Virus record (IMG/VR): IMGVR_UViG_3300011969_000080
DNA: 64,000 nt
From: an uncultured virus (IMG/VR IMGVR_UViG_3300011969_000080)
Taxonomy: Duplodnaviria > Heunggongvirae > Uroviricota > Caudoviricetes
Reading direction: 5' to 3' (one strand)
Of this stretch, positions 56,310-64,000 are shown in pieces; position 1 is the stretch's first letter, and each line of letters begins with the position of its first letter. The notes beneath the pieces were generated by a model that searched no databases, was not told where the DNA came from, and worked only from the letters and a program-made list of their open reading frames with translations. The position numbers and the translations under genes were made by a program.

Positions 56310-56641
56310 CACCGCACGAGGCTTTCGCGACCTGGGTGGCCGCCAAGGCGGAGGAGGACCGGCTGGTCACTGAGGACCGCGTGTGGACGGTGCGGGAGGC
56401 CGCCGGGCGGTTCCGTGTGGTCGACTACGAACCGCTGCAATCCGCCGTCCTGGCGGCCGCGCTGGCCCGCCGGAAGGTCATGGCCACCTACCGGGCCACT
56501 GGGTCACCCGCCGCTGCCCGCCTGTTCTGGGATCTGACTGGCGGCGTGGACGGCCTGCTAGAGCCCGGGGACCGGGCCATTCCCGCCACCGAGATTGAGC
56601 ACGTCATCGACGCCCTGTTTTCCGACCCGGTGGCGCCATGA
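56306..56641 (+). CDS. Family B paralog
   Basis: GTGA overlap; TPHEAFATW...IDALFSDPVAP. Confidence 0.75.
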   Translation: MTPHEAFATWVAAKAEEDRLVTEDRVWTVREAAGRFRVVDYEPLQSAVLAAALARRKVMATYRATGSPAAARLFWDLTGGVDGLLEPGDRAIPATEIEHVIDALFSDPVAP

Positions 56642-56997
56642 CACCACACGAGGCAATGGTTGTGTGGGGCGCCGCCACGGCGTCGTACCTGGAAGCACGC
56701 GCCGCCTCTGACAGCGCCCGCCGGGCGTGGTTTCTGTCACTGGTGGCAGGTCCGGGCTTCTATGACAACCCGGTAGCCCCCGCCGCGGTGGACGCCACGC
56801 ATTCTCGCTCCGTGCTCGCGTACACCGTCTGCCAGCGGGCCCGCGCCGCTGTGTGTGATGCCTACGTTGACGCTGGCATGCCGATGGCCGCGAGGCTGCT
56901 AGTCCAGCTGAACCCGCGGGGCGTGTTTGCGGCCGGCGGGCCGGGGCGCACTGAGGCCCTCATCGGTGCGCTGCTGATGGCTCCGGTGCGGCCGTGA
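56638..56997 (+). CDS. Family B paralog
   Basis: ATGA overlap; MTPHEAMVVWGAA...ALLMAPVRP. Confidence 0.78.
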   Translation: MTPHEAMVVWGAATASYLEARAASDSARRAWFLSLVAGPGFYDNPVAPAAVDATHSRSVLAYTVCQRARAAVCDAYVDAGMPMAARLLVQLNPRGVFAAGGPGRTEALIGALLMAPVRP

Positions 56998-57043
56998 CCC
57001 GCCCGCCTTGCGCTATGGGTGGTAGCGCGGACGGTACTGTGAC

Positions 57044-57454
57044 ATGACACACCCGCCGGAGCCCCCAACGACACCCCACGCCGCGCTGGCGGCATGGGGC
57101 ACCGCCGTAGCCATCGCGCGGGTGGCGTGGGTGACATTCCACGCGGCCGAGGCCACCCACAACAAAGCTGCGGCGGCGTACTGCCGCTACACCGGTCCCA
57201 CAGACGCCGTCGAGGCGGGGCTTTTCAAGGCAATAGGGGCCGCAGACACGGCGGAGGAGGCCACCTACGCGGTCTACGACGACGCGGCCGAGGTTGCGGT
57301 AGTCGCCCGGGCCGCAGTGTGTGCCGCGTACGACCACGCCGGGTTCCCGCAGGCCTTCCGGGCACTGGAGACCATCGCCCCCCGCTGGGGGGACTGGGCC
57401 CCCGACCTCGAGGCGACCCTGGCCGCGCTGCTGGCGGAACCGGTGCGGGCATGA
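57044..57454 (+). CDS. Family B paralog
   Basis: TPHAALAAWG...PDLEATLAALL; own promoter 57008-57035. Confidence 0.78.
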   Translation: MTHPPEPPTTPHAALAAWGTAVAIARVAWVTFHAAEATHNKAAAAYCRYTGPTDAVEAGLFKAIGAADTAEEATYAVYDDAAEVAVVARAAVCAAYDHAGFPQAFRALETIAPRWGDWAPDLEATLAALLAEPVRA

Positions 57455-57837
57455 CGCCGCACGGGGCGATGATGGCGTGGGGTGCCGCGGCCACCACCGC
57501 GCGAGAGGTGCTGGCGTCATTCCACGCGGCCGAGGAAGCCTACGACACAGCCGGGCGGGCGTGCTGCAGCTACAGCGGCCACTCCGGGGTAGTCGAGGCA
57601 GGGCTCCTCAAGGCGCAAAGGGCCGCAGGCACGGCGGAGATGCGCGCCTACGCCGCCTACTACGGGGCGCGCGAGGTCGCCGTGTCCGCACGGGCCGCGG
57701 TGTGCGCCGCGTACACCCACGCGGGGTTCCCGCAGGCGGTGCGGGCCCTGGACACCATCGCCCGCGACGAGCTTGACTGGTCCCCCGGCCTCGAAGACGC
57801 CATGACTGCACTGCTGTCGGCCCCGGTGCGGGCATGA
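57451..57837 (+). CDS. Family B paralog
   Basis: ATGA overlap; MTPHGAMMAWGAA...LEDAMTALLSAPVRA. Confidence 0.78.
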   Translation: MTPHGAMMAWGAAATTAREVLASFHAAEEAYDTAGRACCSYSGHSGVVEAGLLKAQRAAGTAEMRAYAAYYGAREVAVSARAAVCAAYTHAGFPQAVRALDTIARDELDWSPGLEDAMTALLSAPVRA

Positions 57838-57893
57838 CACCACACGGGGCAGTCATTGACACCGTGCTCGCCCCTCCCGCCGCCACCCCCTGA
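57834..57893 (+). pseudogene. Collapsed 19-aa family B mini-gene (N and C motifs only)
   Basis: MTPHGAVIDTVLAPPAATP-stop, ATGA-coupled. Confidence 0.7.
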
Positions 57894-57934
57894 GGGCCTT
57901 GCGCTGGGACCGGCCGCGCGGACAGTACTAGGAC

Positions 57935-58240
57935 ATGACCCCGGCACCAGATCCCCAGACGACGCCACGCAGCGCCCGCAGCGCCTTCTTCCATCAAACC
58001 ATGCGCCGCCTCGAAGTGGAGGCGTCGGATGCAAGCGAGGCGTACCTAACTGCGGGCTGGGACGCCGCGGTGGCCGCCGAGCGGGCCGCTGAGGGCTGCT
58101 GGGATGTGGCGGTGGACTACCCGCGCCCGGAGGACCACGCGGCCGCGGACGCCATCTGGGAGGCGCTGGATGACGCGGCGTACGCCACCGCAGACGCCCT
58201 GACGTGCGCTCTGTTCGACCCACCCGTGGACTCCCGATGA
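57935..58240 (+). CDS. Divergent family B paralog
   Basis: TTGCGC-N16-GACAGT-N8-ATG; ends ALTCALFDPPV. Confidence 0.65.
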   Translation: MTPAPDPQTTPRSARSAFFHQTMRRLEVEASDASEAYLTAGWDAAVAAERAAEGCWDVAVDYPRPEDHAAADAIWEALDDAAYATADALTCALFDPPVDSR

Positions 58241-58632
58241 GCGCCCTGACGCCGCACGAGGCGATGGTCACGTGGGGCGCCGCGGTGGTCGCCGCCCAGG
58301 CAGGGCGGGTGCGGTTCCACGCAGCCGAGGGGGCCTATGCCGCGGCTTCGAGAGCACGCCGCAGCCACGGCGACCGCGCGGGGGTCCCCCATGAGACACT
58401 ATTCAAGGCGGAAGTGGCCGCCGGCGAAGCGGAGATGCGCGCCTGGGATGCCTTCTACGATGCGGCCGGGGCAGCCACGGTCGCCCGGAGCTCGGTGTGT
58501 CGCGCATACGTCCACGCTGGGGTCCCGCAGGCAGTGCCAGCCCTGGACACTGCCGCTCCCGGGGGGCTTGGCTGGTCCCCGGGCCTGGAGGACGCCCTGT
58601 CCGCGCTGCTGCGGGACCCGGTGTGGCCATGA
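58237..58632 (+). CDS. Family B paralog
   Basis: ATGA overlap; TPHEAMVTWGAA...LEDALSALLRDPVWP. Confidence 0.78.
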   Translation: MSALTPHEAMVTWGAAVVAAQAGRVRFHAAEGAYAAASRARRSHGDRAGVPHETLFKAEVAAGEAEMRAWDAFYDAAGAATVARSSVCRAYVHAGVPQAVPALDTAAPGGLGWSPGLEDALSALLRDPVWP

Positions 58633-59018
58633 CCCCGCACGAGGCGATGGCCGCGTGGGGCATAACCGTAGCTGCCGCGCAGGCGGCACGTGTGCTGGCC
58701 GACCACGCGGGAGACGCCTACGACAAGGCCGCACTGGCAGAGGATGCGTGCTACGGCCACTCAGAGGACGTCGAGGAGGAGCTCGTCACAGTCGCCGGGC
58801 GGGCGGCTAGGGGGGCGGCGAACGACGCATACGCCACCTACGCCGGGGCGTTCGAGGCCGCCGTGTCCGCCCGAGCCGCGGTGTGCGACGCCTACGTCAG
58901 CGCCGGGCGCCCACGGGCAGTGTTGGCTCTGGGTGCTATCGCCTGCGGTGCCCTCGACTGGTCCCCGGACCTCGAGGACGCGCTGGACGCGTTGCTGCGG
59001 GACCCGGTGCGGCCATGA
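58629..59018 (+). CDS. Family B paralog
   Basis: ATGA overlap; MTPHEAMAAWG...PDLEDALDALL. Confidence 0.78.
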   Translation: MTPHEAMAAWGITVAAAQAARVLADHAGDAYDKAALAEDACYGHSEDVEEELVTVAGRAARGAANDAYATYAGAFEAAVSARAAVCDAYVSAGRPRAVLALGAIACGALDWSPDLEDALDALLRDPVRP

Positions 59019-59371
59019 CAACACACGCGGCGATGGTCACCCTGGACGGCGCCATCCAGGAGTACCGACTGGCGGAGGACTGCGAGGTGGCCGCCCGCCA
59101 CGCGCTGGCTGGGACCCACGCAAACGACTCGAACGCCACCCTGCTACCCCACATTCAGGCCGTAGAGAGCGCGCAAGCGGCGCAGGTCGGCGCCTCCGCT
59201 GCCGTCTGTGCCGCCCACCGAGCCGCCTTCTACGCCTACGCGGAGAATGGCCCTCCCGGGGCCGCGCTGCTGCTGCTCAGACTTATGGGCGTGGACATGG
59301 ACGCCGTGGACGCGCCAGCGATTGAGTCGGCCATAAACGCGGTGTTCACCCCACCAGCCGCGACCGCCTGA
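59015..59371 (+). CDS. Family B paralog
   Basis: ATGA overlap; MTTHAAM...IESAINAVFTPP. Confidence 0.75.
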   Translation: MTTHAAMVTLDGAIQEYRLAEDCEVAARHALAGTHANDSNATLLPHIQAVESAQAAQVGASAAVCAAHRAAFYAYAENGPPGAALLLLRLMGVDMDAVDAPAIESAINAVFTPPAATA

Positions 59372-59416
59372 TCCGGGGCCTTGCGCTGCGGGCAGTCGCG
59401 CGGACGGTGGGTGGGT

Positions 59417-59773
59417 ATGACACTACCGCCCGAGCTCCCGATGACAGCACACGCCGCGCTCCTGGTTGCGGCCTGCGCAGAGTACCGCCGGGCAGCGCAA
59501 CTCTTCACCGCCGCGAGCGCCACCCGCGACGCGGCGATCATGGCCGGCGCCGGCCGGGCCGGGGAGCACGACCTGATAGTCCAAGACGCTGCATACACGT
59601 CCGCCCACGCCGCGCTGTGCGAAGCTCGGCTCATATACGCGGACAGCGCCCCGGCCGGGTCTGCGCAGCTGCTACTTCAACTGACGGACCCGCTGATGTG
59701 CATTGCTAACGCGCCCGCCATGGCGGCAGCCGTCGCCACCGTGTTCGCCCCACCCGCGGGGCCCACCCAATGA
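59417..59773 (+). CDS. Family B paralog
   Basis: TTGCGC-N16-GACGGT-N8-ATG; MTAHAALL...AVATVFAPP. Confidence 0.75.
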   Translation: MTLPPELPMTAHAALLVAACAEYRRAAQLFTAASATRDAAIMAGAGRAGEHDLIVQDAAYTSAHAALCEARLIYADSAPAGSAQLLLQLTDPLMCIANAPAMAAAVATVFAPPAGPTQ

Positions 59774-60153
59774 CGAGGCTGCAGGGACCACCACTGACAC
59801 CGCACGCCGCCATGGCAGCGTGGGCCACGGCCTGCTCGGCTTACGACGCCGCGCGCACCACTACGCGTGCCGCTGTAGCGGCACGCGAGGCGCAGCCGGA
59901 GGCGTACGCGGGACCGGCCACCCCGGCCCGGGACGCCCTGCGCCGGAACTGGCTGGCCCTTGTACCAGCCCAGAACGCGGCGGAAAGGGCTGAGATCTCC
60001 GCCTACGGCGAGGCGTACCGGGCGTACTATGCTACTCACGGGCGGGACGTGGCCAACCTCTTCATGGGGCTCGTAGCCACCCGGCGGGGCCCCGGCCAGG
60101 TTGAGGCCATCATCGCGGCACTGCTCGCCCCACCCACAGGGCCAGCCCAATGA
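59770..60153 (+). CDS. Family B paralog
   Basis: ATGA overlap; TPHAAMAAW...VEAIIAALLAPP. Confidence 0.78.
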   Translation: MTRLQGPPLTPHAAMAAWATACSAYDAARTTTRAAVAAREAQPEAYAGPATPARDALRRNWLALVPAQNAAERAEISAYGEAYRAYYATHGRDVANLFMGLVATRRGPGQVEAIIAALLAPPTGPAQ

Positions 60154-60500
60154 CGCCGCAAGAGGCGATGGCCGCCTGGGCCATGGCCTGCTCGGAGTAT
60201 GACGACGCCCAAGACGCCTACCGCGCAGCCGGGGCCGCCTACCGCGCAGCCGTCACGGGGCCCCTCACCGTCCGAAAGGAACTGATCACACGGGGTGGTC
60301 TCGCCGAGGGCGTCCTGGCCGCGGCACGCAAGGCGGCGCGCAGCGCCCACGCCCACGCGTTCCTGGCCTACAGCACAGCTCACGGGACGGACGTGGCCGA
60401 CCTCTTCCTGCGCCTCGCCCCCACCCAGACTGTGTGCCCCGGGCGGGTCGAGGACGTCATCGCCGCCCTGCTCGCCCCGCCCACTGGGCCCACACGATGA
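60150..60500 (+). CDS. Family B paralog
   Basis: ATGA overlap; MTPQEAMAAW...VEDVIAALLAPP. Confidence 0.78.
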   Translation: MTPQEAMAAWAMACSEYDDAQDAYRAAGAAYRAAVTGPLTVRKELITRGGLAEGVLAAARKAARSAHAHAFLAYSTAHGTDVADLFLRLAPTQTVCPGRVEDVIAALLAPPTGPTR

Positions 60501-60889
60501 CACCCCATGAGGCGATGGCCGCCTGGGCCGGGGCCTGCGCAGAGTTCGAGTCCCTCGACGCGGAGCTCGACGCACTCACCGCAGCCCTCAGTCGGCCTGT
60601 ATACGCGTCGGGACAGTTCCCGGGGTCCAAAGACCGGGCGTGGCTCGCCGCCTACGACGCTTACGCCATCGCCGCCCTGGTCGTCCGCCACGCACACAGC
60701 GCCGCCTACTGCGCCTACGAGGACAGCGCCCCCGCGGGGGCCGCGCAGATGCTGGACCGGCTCGTGGGCGACAGGGTGTACGACACGGACGTGCTCGCCG
60801 TCGAAGCGGCCATCGCAGCGGTGCTCGCCCCACCGCTGACCCGCCTACCCTGCGTCGCCGCCAACCGGGTGGGCGGTGCGTGGACATGA
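60497..60889 (+). CDS. Family B paralog
   Basis: ATGA overlap; MTPHEAMAAW...VEAAIAAVLAPP. Confidence 0.78.
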   Translation: MTPHEAMAAWAGACAEFESLDAELDALTAALSRPVYASGQFPGSKDRAWLAAYDAYAIAALVVRHAHSAAYCAYEDSAPAGAAQMLDRLVGDRVYDTDVLAVEAAIAAVLAPPLTRLPCVAANRVGGAWT

Positions 60890-61293
60890 CACAGCTGCCG
60901 GAGACCCCGATGACACCCCACGAGGCAATGGTCGCGTGGGGCGCCGCAGTGGCGGCGACACAGGTGGCCGCGGAGGGGGTACGCGCCGCCGCGGTCGCCT
61001 ACGTGGCCGCCTCCGGGGAGTACTACGACACCCCGCCTACCCAGGAGGCCGCGGAGGGGCGCCGGGCAGCGGCGGTGGTTGCCGCCGGGGTGGAGACGGG
61101 CGCCCTGGCCACCTACGACCGCGCGTGCGAGCACGCCATGTTCCTCCGGGGTGCGGTGTGCGACGCGTACGCCCGCGCCGGGTTCCTATGGGCCTTCGAG
61201 GCCCTGGGGACACTCGCCCCCGACAGGCTGGGCTGGACCCCCGACCTCGAAGACGCCCTGGCCGCGCTGCTGGCAGCACCGGTGTGGCCATGA
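60886..61293 (+). CDS. Family B paralog
   Basis: ATGA overlap; MTPHEAMVAWGAA...PDLEDALAALL. Confidence 0.78.
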   Translation: MTQLPETPMTPHEAMVAWGAAVAATQVAAEGVRAAAVAYVAASGEYYDTPPTQEAAEGRRAAAVVAAGVETGALATYDRACEHAMFLRGAVCDAYARAGFLWAFEALGTLAPDRLGWTPDLEDALAALLAAPVWP

Positions 61294-61649
61294 CGCCCCA
61301 CGAGGCGATGGTCGCGTGGGGCGCCGCCTGCGCCCTGGAGAGCGGGGCCCGCGCCGCCAGGGAGGCCGCGTTCGAGGCGGCGCTCGCCGTGCCCTTCGGA
61401 GGGTCGCCTAGCCGAGCCGGGATGGTGGCCGCGTTGGAGGGCTACGAAGCTGCGCTGGACGTGTGGCAGGCCGCGCAAGCACAGGCCCGCGCGACCAGCG
61501 TCACAGCCTGCCGGGCCTACGGCCGGGCGGTGGGCCAGCACGCCACGGACCTGCTCCAGTTGTTGTGCCCGCTGGGGCTCACAGACGACGCGGGGGCGGT
61601 AGAGGACGCCATAGCCGCGACGTTCGCCCCGGCCGCCGTGACCGCCTGA
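61290..61649 (+). CDS. Family B paralog
   Basis: ATGA overlap; MTPHEAMVAWGAA...VEDAIAATFAP. Confidence 0.78.
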   Translation: MTPHEAMVAWGAACALESGARAAREAAFEAALAVPFGGSPSRAGMVAALEGYEAALDVWQAAQAQARATSVTACRAYGRAVGQHATDLLQLLCPLGLTDDAGAVEDAIAATFAPAAVTA

Positions 61650-61896
61650 CCCCCGGCGTCTGTCCCGGGCGAACCACACCAAACAGTCGTGAACCTGAGA
61701 TGTGGAGGGGCTCTAACCTGAGATCCGGAAGCCGCGGCCCGCACTCCCCCACCCTGCCACCAGCGTGCCGCTACGGCAGCCCCCACCAATGACGCCTGTT
61801 CTGTTGGGGAGCACCGGGCTGGGGTTGTGCTCTCCGGCCCGGCGCACAAGGTAGTGGCCAGGCGGAACCACCGCCAGCGCCGACAAGGAGGCCCCA

Positions 61897-62079
61897 ATGA
61901 TCAGTAACCTCACCAGCGGCCGGCAGGTAGCCGTGACGTCCGTCCTGCCACTCGGCGAGATGCCTGATGGCCTGGCCCGGAAGCTCCAGCGCTACTTCGG
62001 GGAGGCACTCCGCATGGAAGAAGCCCGCACGGCCCAGCAGCAGACGCCCGCCCCGTACCGCCGGTGCATCCGCAACTGA
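61897..62079 (+). CDS. Small hypothetical protein
   Basis: AAGGAGG RBS; promoter TTGTGC-N16-CAAGGT at 61825-61852. Confidence 0.6.
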   Translation: MISNLTSGRQVAVTSVLPLGEMPDGLARKLQRYFGEALRMEEARTAQQQTPAPYRRCIRN

Positions 62080-62221
62080 CCTCGGCGCTGAGCCCGCGTC
62101 CGCCAAGTTTCCGCCCAGTTGCTCCCAGACTTGGCGGACGGGCAGGGGTTGTGCTCCACCGGCCGGCGCACACGGTAATAGCTGGCGGGAGACCCCCGCC
62201 GCCACAGACCCGGAGTACCCC

Positions 62222-62638
62222 ATGACTGATACGCCCACCACCGAGCCCGAGAGCCGCCGCCAGAAGGTGGCACGCCTCAACGCGGACCGCGTCGCCCGCT
62301 CACTCGCTGAGCACCCAGAGCTCGCGGCTGTGCGGGACGCGATGCTCGCCGGCTCTGATGTCCTCGACGGAACCACCGAAGGCTTCGTCGCGCACCTCCT
62401 CGGCGTGTCCCACGAGGAACTCAAGGAGCACATGACCAGCGTCGGCCTCGTCTACGGCACGCTCGGCGACTGGGAGACCACGGCCGAGCCCTTCCTCGTC
62501 AGCCAGGACACCTTCGACGAGATGTGCGACACCCTCGCGCAGCCCGCGAAGGTGAACGCCCGCCTTCTCGACGCCGCCCAGACGTCGCGCGTGCCCTTCG
62601 ACGGGCACGCCGGCGACACCACCCAGCTTTCGGAGTAG
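62222..62638 (+). CDS. Hypothetical protein; C-terminus resembles DUF1778-type antitoxin tails
   Basis: VSQDTFDEMCDTLAQPAKVNARLLDAA; GGAG RBS; promoter 62149-62176. Confidence 0.55.
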   Translation: MTDTPTTEPESRRQKVARLNADRVARSLAEHPELAAVRDAMLAGSDVLDGTTEGFVAHLLGVSHEELKEHMTSVGLVYGTLGDWETTAEPFLVSQDTFDEMCDTLAQPAKVNARLLDAAQTSRVPFDGHAGDTTQLSE

Positions 62639-62800
62639 TCGGTCCCGCGGCCGGCGTTGGGCCGTAGAGCACCCACGGTAGGGGCTGTCTGAAGTCGCGG
62701 CGCCAAGGCGCCCAGTAGAGCCGTCACCGGCGCCCAGGTCGCACCCGGGCCGTATCGGTGGTACGCACTGCTGGGCGCCACCACGCTGCCTGCGCGGGCC

Positions 62801-62869
62801 GGAACCCTACACCCGCGGCATCCTTACACCCAAGGAACCTTACACCCCGCGCGCCGGGTGTAAGGTTCC
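62801..62869. repeat. Cluster of GGAACCTTACACCC sites (3 direct, 1 inverted)
   Basis: 62801-14, 62817-31, 62834-47, and the perfect inverse at 62856-69. Confidence 0.8.
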
Positions 62870-62996
62870 GCGAACACCTGCCCCACCCGCCCCACGGGGC
62901 GTGAAAACAGCCGCCGAAGTCGCCGCGCAAATGCCAGATTCCGCCGTTGGGCACCCACGATGTGGAAGAACAGCCCACACGGACTAGGAGCCCCAC

Positions 62997-63281
62997 ATGC
63001 CAAACCGTAGCGCCCAAGAGAACCTCGACCGGGCCGCCGACCGCCTAGAGGCGCTGGCCCGCTGGCCCGGCAAGCTGTTTGACCTCCACGGCGCAGGGCC
63101 GCGCCACGACGACGGGCTTGAGTACGACGGCGCCCACGCCGCCGACGTGAAGAGGCAGGCAGGTCGGGGCCTCACCGGGGCCATCCTCCGCCCCAAGAAG
63201 CGGTGCTTCGGTTGCCACAAGAAGCTCCCCCGCAAGCTGGTCGGCGACTACTGCGAGCCCTGCACAAAGAACCGCACCTGA
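62997..63281 (+). CDS. Small protein with C-terminal CxxC...CxxC
   Basis: AGGAG RBS; CFGC...CEPC. Confidence 0.65.
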   Translation: MPNRSAQENLDRAADRLEALARWPGKLFDLHGAGPRHDDGLEYDGAHAADVKRQAGRGLTGAILRPKKRCFGCHKKLPRKLVGDYCEPCTKNRT

Positions 63282-63312
63282 CGGCCGACAACGGCGAGCG
63301 AGGATCCTGACC

Positions 63313-64000
63313 GTGACCCACGACAGCACCCAAACCGGCAAGCTGCGAGCTCGCCAGTCCTGGCGACGCTGGCTCATTCCGGCCGCCGCGGCGGCGCTGG
63401 TGGTCCTGGTAGGCGCCTGCAGTGGCGGTGACACCCCGGGCACACCCGCCAGCACGCCCGGGGCAACAACGACAACCCCGCAGCCTACGGCCCCGCACGC
63501 CGGCGTGCCTGTGTCACCCCCACCTACCCCAAACGGGACCGTTACCGTGACCACCACCCGCGTGACACTGCCAGCATACTTCGTCGGTGCCAACTCTGGG
63601 GCCGGCACGACGTTCGGCCTCTACCGGGAGTTCGTGCGAACCACGGTTCCCGCTGGCGCCACGCCGGCACAGAAGGCCAGGGCCGCCGTCGCAGTGGCGA
63701 TGAACGCCCAGCCATTCACGAACTATGAGCCCTACGTGCAGCCCTGGTCCGGGACCAAGGTCGAGAACGTCACGGTCACCCCGAGCCTGATCACCATCAC
63801 GCTCAGTGGGCCCGGCGCGACCGGCTTCACCTCTGAGCAGACCAGGCTCGGCGTGCAGGAACTCGTGTGGACCGCGACCGCCGCCGTCGGTCGGGGAAAC
63901 ATCCCGGTCAAGTTCGTGCTCACCGACGGATCCACGAAACTGTTCGGCACCTACCCCACTGCCCTGGCCTACATCCGGCCGGTCAGGGATCTGGCGTATC
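63313..64000 (+). CDS. GerMN-domain lipoprotein (3' end outside window)
   Basis: LVGAC lipobox; Pro/Thr linker; PAYFVG..LYREF...VQELVWTATAA. Confidence 0.75.
   Translation, partial: MTHDSTQTGKLRARQSWRRWLIPAAAAALVVLVGACSGGDTPGTPASTPGATTTTPQPTAPHAGVPVSPPPTPNGTVTVTTTRVTLPAYFVGANSGAGTTFGLYREFVRTTVPAGATPAQKARAAVAVAMNAQPFTNYEPYVQPWSGTKVENVTVTPSLITITLSGPGATGFTSEQTRLGVQELVWTATAAVGRGNIPVKFVLTDGSTKLFGTYPTALAYIRPVRDLAY

Noticed and set aside
18077..61649. Diversity-generating retroelement as the source of paralog variation
   Set aside because: No reverse transcriptase, and no template/variable repeat pair with adenine-specific differences was seen

Overview
High-GC, actinobacterial-type DNA. It reads as the accessory region of a large phage or plasmid rather than core chromosome: nearly all genes lie on the + strand and are orphans or paralogs, and no capsid, integrase or conjugation gene is visible. 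Recognisable genes are a dnaJ 3' end, ssb, three RuvC-intact TnpB nucleases without a transposase, two further J-domain proteins, CAP, EndoVII, NERD, SpoIID/LytB and GerMN proteins, an MmeI-like type IIL restriction-modification gene between direct repeats, and tRNA-Asp(GTC). Four hidden structures stand out. (1) One element-wide promoter-like signal, TTG(C/T)GN-N16-NAC(A/G)GT, often followed 7-8 nt later by a leaderless ATG, precedes most genes and two structured ncRNA candidates. (2) Family A is about 22 mosaic paralogs (Zn finger, IEIP..GW core, conserved C-terminal module) joined by fixed 17-nt junctions. (3) Family B is about 15 stop/start-coupled small helical paralogs, including one empty cassette. 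(4) One TnpB has a predicted guide matching the neighbouring ssb gene, suggesting an RNA-guided homing or marker-exclusion system. All functional interpretations come from reading the sequence by eye; no database search was run.
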